This document shows, piece after piece, positions 50,792-61,121 of a stretch of 64,000 nt of DNA. Location of the stretch: contig CAVQIH010000012.1 of NCBI GenBank assembly GCA_963712585.1, positions 138,210 through 202,209 of the forward strand, written 5' to 3'. Under the pieces are notes generated by a model, which was not told the origin of the DNA, did no database searches, and saw only the letters and a list, made by a program, of their open reading frames with translations. The DNA is from an uncultured Chloroflexia bacterium. GTDB taxonomy: Bacteria; Chloroflexota; Limnocylindria; Limnocylindrales; CSP1-4. The translations under genes and the position numbers were made by a program. Within the stretch, counting starts at the first letter, position 1, and the number at the start of each line of letters is the position of its first letter.

Positions 50792-51700
50792 TCAGCGGTA
50801 CCGCGCGGCCTCCCACGATTGGCCGAGGCTTCGCCAGGTCGAGACGGCCCCGGCGACGAGCAACCCCCCGACGAACGTTCCGACGAGCAGCAGACTCCCC
50901 CCCATCATGGCCAACGGGTCCGTCGCCTCGACCAGCGAGCCCCGAGCTAGATCCCAGGCGGCCATCAGCAAGACCACGGCTGGCAGGATCGCGGCGACCG
51001 CCACGGTCAGTCCGAGGAGGAAGGTGCCGACCGCGGCTAGTGGGCGCCGGAAGACCTCGACGAGCGCTCCGCCGAGCGCCCCCGGCATCGAGGCGCCGTG
51101 GAGGAGCGCCCGGCGGACCGCCAGCCCACCGATGAGCTCGCTCGCCAGCCAGAAGGCGACCACGACGGCCAGGGCGTCTCGGGATGCCAGGAGGCTTCGG
51201 ATCGCCAGCGGGGTGGCGAGATCGTCCGGAAGAATGAGCTCGTGGTAGGTGGCCTGGCCGATCCTCGGCGCCGCCCAGGCAACGGCTGCAGCCAGCGGCA
51301 GAAGACAGAACAGACGGATCGCGCTGACCCGGCCCACCATCCGCCAGGCCGACGGGTGGACCGCGCCTGCTGGCCGCCCGGGGGCAGGACCTCCGGCCCT
51401 GCGCTCGATCTCAGCCTCGGCTTCGCGCCCGAGCATGACGTCCGCGAGGGCTCCCACCACGGCGCCCGCCACGACCGCGGCGAGGACGGCGGTCAGCGCG
51501 AGCGCGACCCACGCGATGAGTCGCTCCGAAGGGCCCTCCGAGGTGATCGCATCTGCCCCGATGAAGGCGCTGACGCCGATCGGCGTGGGCAGCACCCAGA
51601 TCGGCAGGGCGAAGACCAGGATCCCGCCCCGCGCCACGAACCCCGCCAGCGCGACGACCCAGAGATCCGGGCGCGTCATCGTCATGCCGGTCGTGGCCAC
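50792..51700 (-). CDS. Hypothetical polytopic membrane protein
   Basis: This is a 302-aa ORF with at least 6 hydrophobic segments. I recognise no family. It is co-directional with its neighbours. Confidence 0.5.
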   Translation of the reverse strand: MATTGMTMTRPDLWVVALAGFVARGGILVFALPIWVLPTPIGVSAFIGADAITSEGPSERLIAWVALALTAVLAAVVAGAVVGALADVMLGREAEAEIERRAGGPAPGRPAGAVHPSAWRMVGRVSAIRLFCLLPLAAAVAWAAPRIGQATYHELILPDDLATPLAIRSLLASRDALAVVVAFWLASELIGGLAVRRALLHGASMPGALGGALVEVFRRPLAAVGTFLLGLTVAVAAILPAVVLLMAAWDLARGSLVEATDPLAMMGGSLLLVGTFVGGLLVAGAVSTWRSLGQSWEAARYR

Positions 51701-51793
51701 GATCGTCGCGGCCCACGACCGGCCGGATGTCCCCGAATTCGGGCTCGGCGATCCCGAGCTCCTCGATCGTGGCGCCGTCGCCGAGGTCGCGGG

Positions 51794-54700
51794 TCACGGG
51801 GCCGGGGAAGGGCTGCCCCCCGTGACGAGCTGCAGCTGGCGCAGGGTGGCCTTCACGATCTCGATCTCGGAGCCGTAGCGGGCGAAATCGCCGTCGCGCA
51901 GCGCCTGCTGGGCGAGATCGAAGTGGAGGTTGGCGTAGTCGACGAGGGCCGTGACGTCCGTGGGCACCGGCGTACCACCCGGGGCGACCGAGGGCGCCGG
52001 CGTCGGTGAGGCACCGGGTGCCGGCGTCGGCCCGGGCGTCGGGCTCGGCGAGGGCGTGGGCTGACGGACCTCCGGCCAGCACGAGCTGGAGCGCCTCGGA
52101 GAGGGTGTCACCCCAGACGATCGTGGTGGGCGTGGCGACCACGATCTTGGTGAACTCCGGGAAGGCGGAGGCGGTCGACTGCAGGTAGATCGGCTCGAGG
52201 TAGATCAGCGAATCCTGGACCGGCACGACGATGAGGTTGCCCCGAATGACGGTGCTCCCGACCTGGCCCCACAGGGTCAGCTGGGCACTGATCGTCGGGT
52301 CCTGGTCGATTCGGGCCTCGATCTGGGTCGGCCCGTAGATCGACGTGTCGCGCGGGAACTGGTAGACGCGGACCCCTCCGTAGGCGGCCCCATCGTTCCG
52401 GGCGGCGATCCAGGCGATCATGTTGGGCCGCTGGGCGGGCACCATCGGCTGGAGGAGGAGGAACTCCGGGGCCGTCTCGCCGGGCATCCGCATGATGACG
52501 TAGTAGGCCTCCTCGGGCAGCTGGTTCTGGGCGTTCGTCAGCGCCGGCACCGTCCACAGGTCGTCGTTGTTGTAGAGGCTCTGGGGATTCGTGACGTGGT
52601 AGCGGGCGAACGTCCGGGTCTGGACGTTGAACAGCTCCTCGGGGTAGCGCAGGTGCGCCCGGAGCTCGGCCGGCATCTCGTCGAGCGGCTTGAAGAGCCC
52701 CGGGAAGACCCCCTCATAGGCCCGCAGGATCGGGTCGCTGGGGTCGGCCGCGTAGAACGTCAGCGTCCCGTCGTAGGCGTCCTGGACGATCTTGACGCTG
52801 TTGCGGATGTAGTTGAACGAGGAGCCCCGCAGACCGGACGCCTCGCCGAGGGTCGAGGGGTCGAAGGGCTGGGCGTGCGGGAAGCGGTCGCTGGTCGTGT
52901 AGGCGTCCTGGATGTAGACCAGGCGGCCCTCCTGGGTCACCACCAGGTAGGGGTCCTTGTCGAAGCTCAGGAACGGCGCGATGAGGTTGACCCGGTCGCC
53001 CAGCGAGCGATGGAAGAGGAGCTGGCTCTGGGCCGTGATCTGGTCGCTGATGAGGAGGTTGAGGTCGCGGAAACGGATCGCGAAGAGGAGCCGGTCGAGC
53101 GTCGAGCCCAGGCTGATCCCGGTGGTTCCCGTCCAGCGGGTCGTGGTGTCGGCGCCGGTGGCCTCTTCTCGTCCGATCGGGTAGTCGAACTCGGCCTGAC
53201 GGGCTCCGACGAGGACGTAGTCGCTGGGACGCTCGCCGAAGTAGATCCGAGCCTCCTTGACGTCCGGCGCCCCGGCACTCGAGACGGTCGGCAGGTCCTT
53301 GACGATGAGCTGCGGCAGACCCTCTGACGTGACCGCGTTCACGGGGACCATGGCCAGTCCATAGCCGTGGGTGAAGACGATCCGCGAGTTCACCCAGGTG
53401 TTCGCCAGGGGGTTCTTGTCGAGGGCCATCTCGCGGGCCGAGAGCATGACCTGGCGCTCGTTGTCATCGATCACGTAGCGGTCGGTGTCGACGTCGTAGA
53501 AGTCGTAGTACTGGCGAACGGTCTGGAGCTGGTCGAGCGTCGCCCCGAGCGGCCGGTAGTCCCAGAGACGGGCGTTCTGGAACGTCGTGGCGTCATCACT
53601 GAGGGCGTCGGCCGTCAGTGGTGCGGTCCCCTGGTAATTGCTCGTGTCCCACTGGTTCAGGCCGTACGCCAGCCGCGTCATGGCCATGTTGTTCTGGATG
53701 TAGGGCTGCTCCTGGGCGTACTCGTTGGGAGTGACGGTGAAGCGCTGGATCGCCTCCGGATAGAGCGTTCCCAGGACCACCGAGGCGCCGATCCAGACGG
53801 CCAGGCCGAGCCCGATCGGCCAGAGCATCCGGGTGAACGCTCCGCCGATGACGAAGGCCGCGGTCAGTGCGGCGATGACCGTCAGCGCGTCGAAGGAGAG
53901 GAAGCGGGCGGCCTGGTCCGTGTACGAGACCCCGGCGACGACCCCGTTCGAGCTGTAGGCCAGCTCGAACTTGTCGAGCTGGTAACCGGCCGCCACGGAA
54001 ATCAGGTAGAGCCCGACGAGGACGCCGAGATGCAGCCGGGCACCGCTCGGGAAGCTCGCCGCCCCACGCGCCGCAGCGATCAGGTAGCGGCCGATGCTGA
54101 CGACCAGCGAGGCGAGAATCAGCCCATTGATCGTTGCCTGCCCGAGGCGGAAGACGGGGAGCTCGAACAGGAAGAAGCCGATGTCCCGCCCGAAGATCGG
54201 GTCGGTCACGGGCGCGGCGCCGGGCGGGGCGAACGTCACCCGGTGCTGCCAGAGCAGCAGGGTCTCCCAATGGCCGGCCAGGCCGCCCGCGATCGCGAGC
54301 GCGGCCAGCAGGGCGACCCCGACGAGGACCCACCGGAAGATCGGTGTGAGGTCGGGCATCTCCGGGCTGCCCAGGACCGTGCGAGCCGGCCCAAAGGAGC
54401 CCGTGCCTTCCGACTCGTCGGTCGCCCCGGGCCGACGGGGTGGGTGGCCGAAGACGTCGAAGGCACCCAGGCCGCCACCCCGGCCGGGACCGCGACGCCG
54501 GCCGAGCTCCGTGGACGTGGTGGCCTCGCCGAACCGCTCGAAGAGCTCCCGCAGCCGGTTTGGCCCACCCTCGACCGGTGGTGGCGCGAAGCGGCCGGCC
54601 AGCCAGATGTTGGCGCCGAGGACCGCGAGCACGACGAGCGCCCCGCCGAAGAAGAGGCCGAGCTGCGTCCCCACGCGGGTCCAGAAGACGCCGTCGTAGC

Positions 54701-55202
54701 CGACGCTGCGATACCAGGTCAGGTCGGTCAGGAAGTTGACGCCAGCGCCGGCGAAGAGGACCAGCACGAGCAGCAGGACGCCGAGGAGGACCAGCAGCAC
54801 GGTGCCGGCGGTGATCCGCGGTCCGCCGCCGTCATTGGGGCCCCCGGATCGCACGCGCCTCAGCCGGCGGCCGCCTCCGCCGCCCCGCGCCCCGCGGCGC
54901 GGCCCGCGCGACGGCGGGATGGTGATCGGCTCTTCAAGGTCGGGCCCGGGCTCGTCCGGGGACGGCTCCTCGGCCACCTCGGCCTCCTCGTCTGAGTCGG
55001 GGCGCTCCGCCGTGGTCGGGCCATCGTCGGCGTCAGCGGTCTGGCTCGGGTCATGGCCGGCGCCGCCCTCAGCCGGCTCGGCGGCACCCTCGGGGTCCGG
55101 ATCTTCGGGCGAGCCCGGCCGAGGAAACCCCGGGGATTGGCCTCGCCGTCCTGCCTGGCGCTCCTGGAGCTCACGCATGAAGTCGTCGAAGAGGTCGCGC
55201 AT
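51794..55202 (-). pseudogene. UPF0182-family large membrane protein, one frameshift near 52075
   Basis: It has an N-terminal multi-TM region with FLTDLTWYRSVGYDGVFWT and a long extracytoplasmic body. The natural C-terminus (VTALVDYANLHFDLAQQALRDGDFARYGSEIEIVKATL) is in ORF 51794-52111. The 1263-aa track ORF reads through in a wrong frame. Confidence 0.8.
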
Positions 55203-55246
55203 CGCCTCCGGAGTCTACTTCCCCGCGGGTCTCCTCGTCGGCGGCC

Positions 55247-55705
55247 TCACGGACGCCCCAGACGCTCGACTGCGTGCCGGAACGCGGTGAGGGCGGTTTC
55301 GGCGATCTGGTTCGGGCGTAGCGTGGCGGCTCGAGCCGGCTCCCACTCGATCGCTGCCACGACGACAGCCGGCACGTCCCAGGGTCGGGCCTCGTCCGCG
55401 GGCGCCACACCCAGCCGGAGCCGCAGCATCTGGCGGCCGGCCGTCTCGCGAATCATCCCGGAGAGCTCCCCCGACAGCGCGGGGCCGAGCCGGAGGAGCG
55501 GCGGATCGGGCGGCGGGCCAGCCGGCGAGGCAAGGTCACGGAAGGTCGCCAGCGAGTCACCGATCTCGACCCACAGCAACGCCACCCACCAGCGCTCGTC
55601 GATCGTCGTCGGACGCCCGATGCCGACCCGCATCAGGCGGTCTCCAAGACGCAGCTCCTGCTCGCGCAGGTACGAAGGACCGGGAGCGGGGAGCGCGGCG
55701 GTCAT
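55247..55705 (-). CDS. Hypothetical protein (about 152 aa)
   Basis: The ATG at 55703-55705 lies 19 nt after the upstream stop. The sequence reads MTAALPAPGPSYLREQELRLGDRLMRVGIGRPTTIDERWWVALLWVEIGD... I cannot confidently assign a family. Confidence 0.45.
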   Translation of the reverse strand: MTAALPAPGPSYLREQELRLGDRLMRVGIGRPTTIDERWWVALLWVEIGDSLATFRDLASPAGPPPDPPLLRLGPALSGELSGMIRETAGRQMLRLRLGVAPADEARPWDVPAVVVAAIEWEPARAATLRPNQIAETALTAFRHAVERLGRP

Positions 55706-55724
55706 CGCCGGAATGCTAGCGGCG

Positions 55725-56249
55725 TCAGTCGGTGGGCGGATTCCCTGGGTCGGGGGGCGTCGTTGCGCCGGGGCCCTCGGCTTCGGGCGGCGCGGCCGTG
55801 CCATCCGCCGGCTGGGGCTCCCGATCGTCGGCGCCAGCGGGCGCGAGGAGGCCGGCGGCCTCGAGCTCGAGGCGGAGCATCTCCCGCCGGACCGCGTCGT
55901 CGGGGGGGGCCACGGCCGCCGGCTCCGCCGCGGACAGATCGGCCATCGCCGCCGGCCGGGGCGCCGCGGTGGCCATCTCGTCGCCGGCCAGCCAGGCGAC
56001 CAGACCGCTCCGCTTCTTGGGCCGCCGGGCCGCCGCAAACGCCGCGGCGCGCAGCCCCGCCTCAACCTCGGTGAGGCCAGGGATCGCCTCCTGGTCGTCC
56101 GGGATGAGCTTGGCCCTGCAGGATGGGCAGACCTCCTCGGTCCCCGTCTCGAGGACCGCGGAGCACCAGGGACACCGCGGCGCGCCTTCACCCGCGACGT
56201 TTCGGTCGTCGGCGATCGCTGGGTCGAACTGATCGTCGGTCACGGGCAC
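55725..56249 (-). CDS. Hypothetical zinc-ribbon protein (174 aa)
   Basis: It has the CPWCSA..(13)..CPSCRA motif near the N-terminus. The rest is Ala/Pro/Glu-rich. Confidence 0.5.
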   Translation of the reverse strand: MPVTDDQFDPAIADDRNVAGEGAPRCPWCSAVLETGTEEVCPSCRAKLIPDDQEAIPGLTEVEAGLRAAAFAAARRPKKRSGLVAWLAGDEMATAAPRPAAMADLSAAEPAAVAPPDDAVRREMLRLELEAAGLLAPAGADDREPQPADGTAAPPEAEGPGATTPPDPGNPPTD

Positions 56250-56345
56250 ACCCCGACCGACGCGCGCGGCGTCACGCTCGGAAGGTACGCAGGCGGCCTT
56301 GCAGGCGCCCTTGCCGAGGTGCGCGGGTGCCCCACCTGGCGCCGC

Positions 56346-58166
56346 TCATTCCCACTCGATCGTGGCGGGCGGCTTGGAGCTGATGTCGTAGACCACGCGG
56401 TTCACGCCCGGCACTTCGTTGACGATGCGCGAGCTGATCTTGGCCAGGACCTCGTACGGAAGCTTGGCCCAGTCCGCGGTCATGCCGTCCTCGGACGTGA
56501 CCGCCCGAATCGCCACCACGTTGGCGTAGGTGCGACCGTCGCCCATCACCCCGACGGAACGGACCGGGGTCAGGATCGCGAACGACTGCCAGAGCGACCG
56601 GTAGAGGCCGGCTGCCTTGATCTCGTCGATGACGACCCAGTCGGCATCACGGAGGGTCTCGAGGCGCTCGGCGGTCACCTCGCCGATGATCCGGATGGCG
56701 AGGCCGGGCCCGGGGAAGGGCTGGCGGTGAACCATCGCTTCGGGCAGCCCGAGCTCGAGGCCGACGGTCCGCACCTCGTCCTTGAAGAGATAGCGGAGCG
56801 GCTCGATCAGCTTGAAGCGCATGTCGGCCGGCAAGCCGCCGACGTTGTGATGGGTCTTGATCTTCTGGGCCGCCTTCGTCTCGGCGGTCGCCGATTCGAT
56901 CACGTCCGGGTAGAGCGTGCCCTGGGTGAGGAAGTCGATCCGGCCAAGCTTGGCAGCCTCCTCCTCGAAGACCCGGATGAACTCGTCGCCGATGATCTTG
57001 CGCTTGCCCTCGGGGTCGATGATCCCGGCCAGGCGGCGCAGGAAGCGCTCGCGGCCGTCGACCATCACCAGGCGCATCCCGAGGTTCGCCTCGAAGGTGG
57101 CCCGCAGGAGCTCCGACTCCTTCTTGCGCATCAGGCCATGGTCGACGTAGATGCAGGTCAGCCGGTCGCCCACCGCTCGATGGACGAGCGCGGCCGCCAC
57201 GGCCGAGTCGACCCCGCCCGAGAGGGCGCAGATGACGCGCCCGTCGGACCGGGTCGCCCGGGCATGCGCGTCGACGCGGGCGCGAATCTCGGCCACCGTC
57301 GTATCGATGAAGTTGGCCGGGGTCCAGGTGGGTCGCGCGCCGGCGATCCCGAGCACGAAGTTGCGGAGCAGATCCCGGCCGTGCGGCGTGTGGACCACCT
57401 CGGGGTGGAACTGGATGCCGTAGAGGTGGCGCCGGGGGTCGACGAGGCCGGCGAAGGGCGAAGCGTCCGTCTGGGCGGTCGCGGTGAAGCCCTCCGGCAG
57501 GCGGGTGATCGTGTCGCCGTGGCTCATCCAGACCGGCTGATCCCGATCGAGACCGCTGAACAACCGGTCCTCGGCGGTGATGGTGACGGTCGCCGGCCCG
57601 TATTCGCGCTTCGTGGTCGGCACGACTTCCCCGCCCAGCTCCAGGGCCATGAGTTGCGCGCCGTAGCAGATGCCCAGCACCGGCAGGCGGCCGCTCCAGA
57701 CCGCCGCGTCCGGCTTCGGCGCGCCCTCGTCGTAGACGGAGTTCGGGCTGCCCGACAGGATGATGGCCTTGGGTCGACGACGCTCGATCTCCGACCAGGG
57801 CGTGTCGTGGGGGAGGAGCTCGCTGTAGACGTGGAGCTCGCGGACGCGACGGGCGATCAGCTGGGCGAACTGGCTGCCGAAGTCGAGGACGATGATCGTG
57901 TCCGGCTCCGACTGGCTGGACTCGCCACGAGGGACGGCGCCGCCCGGGCGGTCCTGGGGCGATCGATCCGGAGCGGGCGCCTTGAGGGCGGTCTCCAGGT
58001 ATGCCTCGACCTCGGCGTCGTCGGGCGCGAGGATCCGCAGGCCCGAGTTCGCCGGCTCACCGTGGACCGTCTTGCCGCGCTCGGGGCGGGCCGGAGCCTC
58101 GCGATGGTCGAGGCTGACCGTCCCGCCCGCCTGGTCGGTCTCGGAATCGTCGCGCTCGCCGCCCAA
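56346..58166 (-). CDS. guaA: GMP synthase (glutamine-hydrolysing); start uncertain
   Basis: The GATase motifs are [20 protein letters not shown] and [10 protein letters not shown]. The ATP-PPase P-loop is [12 protein letters not shown], and the C-terminus is KPPATIEWE. There is no ATG, GTG or TTG in frame just before the conserved N-terminus (about 57910). The nearest SD-preceded start is TTG at 58164-58166, with GGAGG 6 nt upstream. Confidence 0.9.
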   Translation of the reverse strand: MGGERDDSETDQAGGTVSLDHREAPARPERGKTVHGEPANSGLRILAPDDAEVEAYLETALKAPAPDRSPQDRPGGAVPRGESSQSEPDTIIVLDFGSQFAQLIARRVRELHVYSELLPHDTPWSEIERRRPKAIILSGSPNSVYDEGAPKPDAAVWSGRLPVLGICYGAQLMALELGGEVVPTTKREYGPATVTITAEDRLFSGLDRDQPVWMSHGDTITRLPEGFTATAQTDASPFAGLVDPRRHLYGIQFHPEVVHTPHGRDLLRNFVLGIAGARPTWTPANFIDTTVAEIRARVDAHARATRSDGRVICALSGGVDSAVAAALVHRAVGDRLTCIYVDHGLMRKKESELLRATFEANLGMRLVMVDGRERFLRRLAGIIDPEGKRKIIGDEFIRVFEEEAAKLGRIDFLTQGTLYPDVIESATAETKAAQKIKTHHNVGGLPADMRFKLIEPLRYLFKDEVRTVGLELGLPEAMVHRQPFPGPGLAIRIIGEVTAERLETLRDADWVVIDEIKAAGLYRSLWQSFAILTPVRSVGVMGDGRTYANVVAIRAVTSEDGMTADWAKLPYEVLAKISSRIVNEVPGVNRVVYDISSKPPATIEWE

Positions 58167-58198
58167 TCGCCGCCTCCGTCGTCCCGGTTCTCGACAGT

Positions 58199-58546
58199 CT
58201 ACCCGGCGCGCCGCAGCCGGAACGCCGGCCCCGAGCCCAGTCGCTCCGCCGGAGTCCCGTAGCGAAGGATGAGGCCGGTGATCGCCCGAGCTCGCTCGGC
58301 GTCCTCGAGCTCCTCGGCTCGGTAGGCCTGGGTCTGGGTACCGATCGTGACCCGACACACCGGATTCGCCCGCAGGTTCAACGCCCAATCGGCCCCTGCC
58401 GAGCCTGCAGCGACGAGGAGGCTCCCGTCGGCTTCCCCGAGGTACCCGACGGCCGCTCGCGCCGGCCGGCCGCTGGCCCGGCCCCGCGTCTCGATGATGG
58501 CGGCCTTGCCCCACCCGGCGAGCTGCTCGCCGAGGGGATCGTTCAT
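58199..58546 (-). CDS. Small PNPOx-fold protein resembling nitroreductase-family deazaflavin (F420)-dependent oxidoreductases
   Basis: The 115-aa ORF reads [58 protein letters not shown]. This matches the TxGRKSG...P.W..NL.a.P pattern of the family. Confidence 0.55.
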   Translation of the reverse strand: MNDPLGEQLAGWGKAAIIETRGRASGRPARAAVGYLGEADGSLLVAAGSAGADWALNLRANPVCRVTIGTQTQAYRAEELEDAERARAITGLILRYGTPAERLGSGPAFRLRRAG

Positions 58547-58556
58547 CCGACCGCGG

Positions 58557-59756
58557 TCAGCGACCGCGCTGCTGCCAGGACTTCCCTTCCCTCTGGATCG
58601 CCGGTGCGTAGACCATCTCCACCCGCTGCATCTCGGCGATCGTCCGCGCGCCCAGGGCGGCCATCGACTGGCGGAGCGCCCCGACGAGGTTCTCGGACCC
58701 GTCGGTGACCCGGGCCGGTCCGAGCAGGATCCGCGCCAGCGGACCAACGGTGCCGACCCGGATGCGCAGTCCGCGGGGCAACGTCGGCGAGGGCGCGGCC
58801 ATGCCCCAGCTCGTGCCGCGGCCGGGCGCCTCTTCCGCCCGCGCCAGCGGGGATCCGAGCATGACCGCATCGGCACCCGCAGCGATGGCCTTGGCGATCT
58901 CTCCGCCGCGACGCATCCCGCCGTCGGCCACGACCGGCACATGGCGCCCGGTGGCGGCCCGGTACGCGTCGCGCGCGGCGGCCACGTCGCTCACCGCGGT
59001 GACCTGGGGAACTCCGATTCCGAGCACCTCGCGGGTCGTGCACGCCGCCCCCGGACCGACCCCGACGAAGACCGCGGCGGCTCCCTGCTCCATGAGCTGG
59101 AACGCGGCCTCGGCACTCGTTGTGTTGCCGACCGCCACCGGGATCGGCATGTAGCGCGTGAAGTCCGCGAGCTCGAGCGGGTCGTAGCCGGAGGCCAGGT
59201 GGCGGGCGCTGCTGACCTGCGACTGGACGAGGAAGAAGTCGGCACTCTGCTCGGCGCAGAAGGGACCCCAGCGCCGCGCGGCCCCCGGTGTAGCCGCAAC
59301 CGCGGCCTTCGAGCCGGCCGCGTGGATCTCGGCGATCCGGCGGGCGACGAGCTCCTCCCGGATGGGCTCGGCGTAGGCCGCGGCGAGGATCTCCTGGATC
59401 TCGCCGTCGGATGCCTCCGCGATCGTCGCCAGGACCGCCGCCGGGTCGTCGAAGCGGGTCTGAACCCCCTCCAGGTTCAGCACGGCCAGGCCGCCCAGGC
59501 CGGCCAGGACGCCCGCGAAGCGGGCGTCGACGACGGCGTCCATCGCGGCTGCCAGGATCGGGATCGCCAGGGGGATCCCGGCGAAGACCTGTGAGAGGTC
59601 GACGTCAGCGGGCTCGACCGTCTCGGTGCCCGGTGCCAGCGAGACGTCCTCGAATCCGTACGTCGGACGGATCGTGTCGACCTTCGAGTGGAAGATGCGC
59701 CGCGAGGCGGCGCCGGCGGCGACCGGTGCGTCCGGTGCCTGCTGTCGCTGGGGCAA
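58557..59756 (-). CDS. guaB3: GuaB3-type IMP dehydrogenase-related protein
   Basis: This is an intact 399-aa TIM-barrel ORF. Recognisable blocks are GFEDVSLAPG, IPILAAAMD, GVGPGAACTTREVLGIGVPQ, VVADGGMRRGGEIAKAIAAGADAVMLGSPLA and NLVGALRQSMA. It has no CBS pair, as in GuaB3. Confidence 0.8.
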   Translation of the reverse strand: MPQRQQAPDAPVAAGAASRRIFHSKVDTIRPTYGFEDVSLAPGTETVEPADVDLSQVFAGIPLAIPILAAAMDAVVDARFAGVLAGLGGLAVLNLEGVQTRFDDPAAVLATIAEASDGEIQEILAAAYAEPIREELVARRIAEIHAAGSKAAVAATPGAARRWGPFCAEQSADFFLVQSQVSSARHLASGYDPLELADFTRYMPIPVAVGNTTSAEAAFQLMEQGAAAVFVGVGPGAACTTREVLGIGVPQVTAVSDVAAARDAYRAATGRHVPVVADGGMRRGGEIAKAIAAGADAVMLGSPLARAEEAPGRGTSWGMAAPSPTLPRGLRIRVGTVGPLARILLGPARVTDGSENLVGALRQSMAALGARTIAEMQRVEMVYAPAIQREGKSWQQRGR

Positions 59757-59898
59757 TCGGCCCTCCTCGTGCGCCTCCGACGATGGGGCAGGTTGCGCCG
59801 CATTCTACACGCCGGAGGCCCCCGGCCGGCAAGCGGGGGCCAACCGGCGGCATCGCGCCAGCCAGCGGCCAGAGCCCCTCTGATCTCTGAGCAAGAGA

Positions 59899-60062
59899 CA
59901 CCCGCAAATGAACGTCACGGGGAACGCTAACTGCGGAACCCCTCGCCGGACCGACCGCCCGCCCGTTCTCTGGGCATCCGGTGAGCACGAGCCGGCCCGG
60001 ATCGTGCCGTCACGGCGGGCCGTTAGCGTGGCTTGTGCTCCCCGGGCGTTCATTGGCGGTGA
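59899..60062. ncRNA. Candidate structured RNA / long imperfect inverted repeat (five nested helices); strand and identity unresolved
   Basis: The nested complementary pairs, read directly, are:
- 59907-14 AATGAACG with 60047-54 CGTTCATT
- 59918-23 with 60039-44
- 59925-31 CGCTAAC with 60022-28 GTTAGCG
- 59957-63 GCCCGCC with 60014-20 GGCGGGC
- 59985-90 GCACGA with 60002-07 TCGTGC
The element lies in a 370-nt non-coding, locally lower-GC gap. Confidence 0.25.
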
Positions 60063-60125
60063 AAGCGCCGGGCGGGGCGGGAATCCGGAGCGATCTCGAC
60101 GGCCCCACTGTCCTGCCGGGGCGGC

Positions 60126-60654
60126 CTACCCGATGAGCCGGTCGCCGGCCAGCGACATCTGGAACCATCGTGCTCGCCCGGGATCCAGGAGGTTCTCCTC
60201 GATCCGCCGGATCGACTCCCGGTAGCCCGGCCAGACGGCCAGCCGGCTCGCCTCCGAGGGCGCGAGCCACTGTGCCGCATCGTGCTCGTGCGAGAGCGAG
60301 GGCTCGACCCCTGACCGGAGCCGGACGGCGAAGATGACGCTGGAGACGATCGCATCGACGGCCGGCCAATGGAACTGGTTGACCTGGTCGAGATCGAAGA
60401 ACGCCTCGATCGCAGAGGGGCCCAGGCCGGTCTCCTCATGGAGCTCCCGAAGCGCGGCCAGGGCGATCCGCTCGCCAGGCTCGAGTCGACCCGAGACCGG
60501 CTGCCACAGACCGGCCAGGACGCGCCCCGCGGCGCGCCTCAGCAGCAGGATCTCGAGCCGGTCGGCTTCCCGGCCGTCACCGGCCTGGACACGGAAGATC
60601 CAGGTGTCGACGAGGTCGGGGCGAAGCGGCTCACGACGCGGACTGCTGGGCCAC
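60126..60654 (-). pseudogene. NUDIX hydrolase, probable 1-nt frameshift near codon 8 (about 60630)
   Basis: My own translation gives ..LVDTWIFRVQAG..LWQPVSGRLEPGERIALAALRELHEETGL (the Nudix box) ..HEHDAAQWL..IG*, with the stop at 60126-28. That frame has no start after the upstream in-frame stop. A GTG at 60652-54 (VAQQSAS) is in the adjacent frame. Confidence 0.75.
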
Positions 60655-60686
60655 GAAGGCCCGGTCTCGATCGCCGTCCCGGCCGC

Positions 60687-61016
60687 TCAGAGTCGCTCGA
60701 AGCGCTCGACCGGCACGACGAAGACGGTGGCTCCGCCGACCTCGACCTCGAGCGGATACGGCATGAAGAACTCGCCCGGCTCCATGATCGGCGGCATCGG
60801 GTTGACGACCTGCGTCCGCGAGTGGCAGTTCGCCCGGATGATCGCCAGGACGTCGTCGACTTTGGCGTCCTCGACGCCCAACACGATCGTCGCGTTCGAC
60901 TGCTTGAGGAACCCGCCCGAGCTGTGGAGGCGCGTTGCCCGGTACTCGCGGTCGAGGAGTGCGTCGACCAGCGCCCCGGCGTCTTCGTTGTGAACGATCG
61001 CGACGACGAGTTTCAC
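60687..61016 (-). CDS. darA: PII-like cyclic-di-AMP receptor (DarA/YaaQ, DUF970)
   Basis: The sequence VKLVVAIVHNEDAGALVDALLDREYRATRLHSSGGFLKQSNATIVLGVEDAKVDDVLAIIRANC..PYPLEVEVGGATVFVVPVERFERL aligns end to end with the YaaQ family pattern. The family-consistent start is GTG at 61014-61016. The track ORF starts 10 codons earlier. Confidence 0.8.
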   Translation of the reverse strand: MKLVVAIVHNEDAGALVDALLDREYRATRLHSSGGFLKQSNATIVLGVEDAKVDDVLAIIRANCHSRTQVVNPMPPIMEPGEFFMPYPLEVEVGGATVFVVPVERFERL

Positions 61017-61121
61017 GTGCGGAGTATAGCCACGGGAGTGGCCCATTCGGCGTAGTACGATGCCCGGGCCGAGTCAGGCCGTTGCAGGCGAGCCGGACTC
61101 CGTCGTTCGCGGAGGGCAGGC

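Noticed and set aside
59899-60100. I considered calling the plus-strand element a c-di-AMP (ydaO-class) riboswitch.
   Set aside because: Only short string resemblances exist. I cannot reproduce the pseudo-two-fold consensus by eye, and no plus-strand gene lies downstream to be regulated. I kept it only as an unassigned structured-RNA candidate.
59908-60225. A 105-aa plus-strand ORF (MNVTGNANCGTPRR...) covers the NUDIX-guaB3 gap.
   Set aside because: It overlaps the 3' end of the well-supported NUDIX gene on the opposite strand, has no motif and has atypical composition. The region is better explained as non-coding and structured.
61023-61028. A TATACT box lies 6 nt upstream of the darA GTG, suggesting a leaderless transcript. 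Similar -10-like boxes occur at 50689-50694 and 37386-37391.
   Set aside because: These are single hexamers without credible -35 partners. They cannot be distinguished from chance without transcription-start data.
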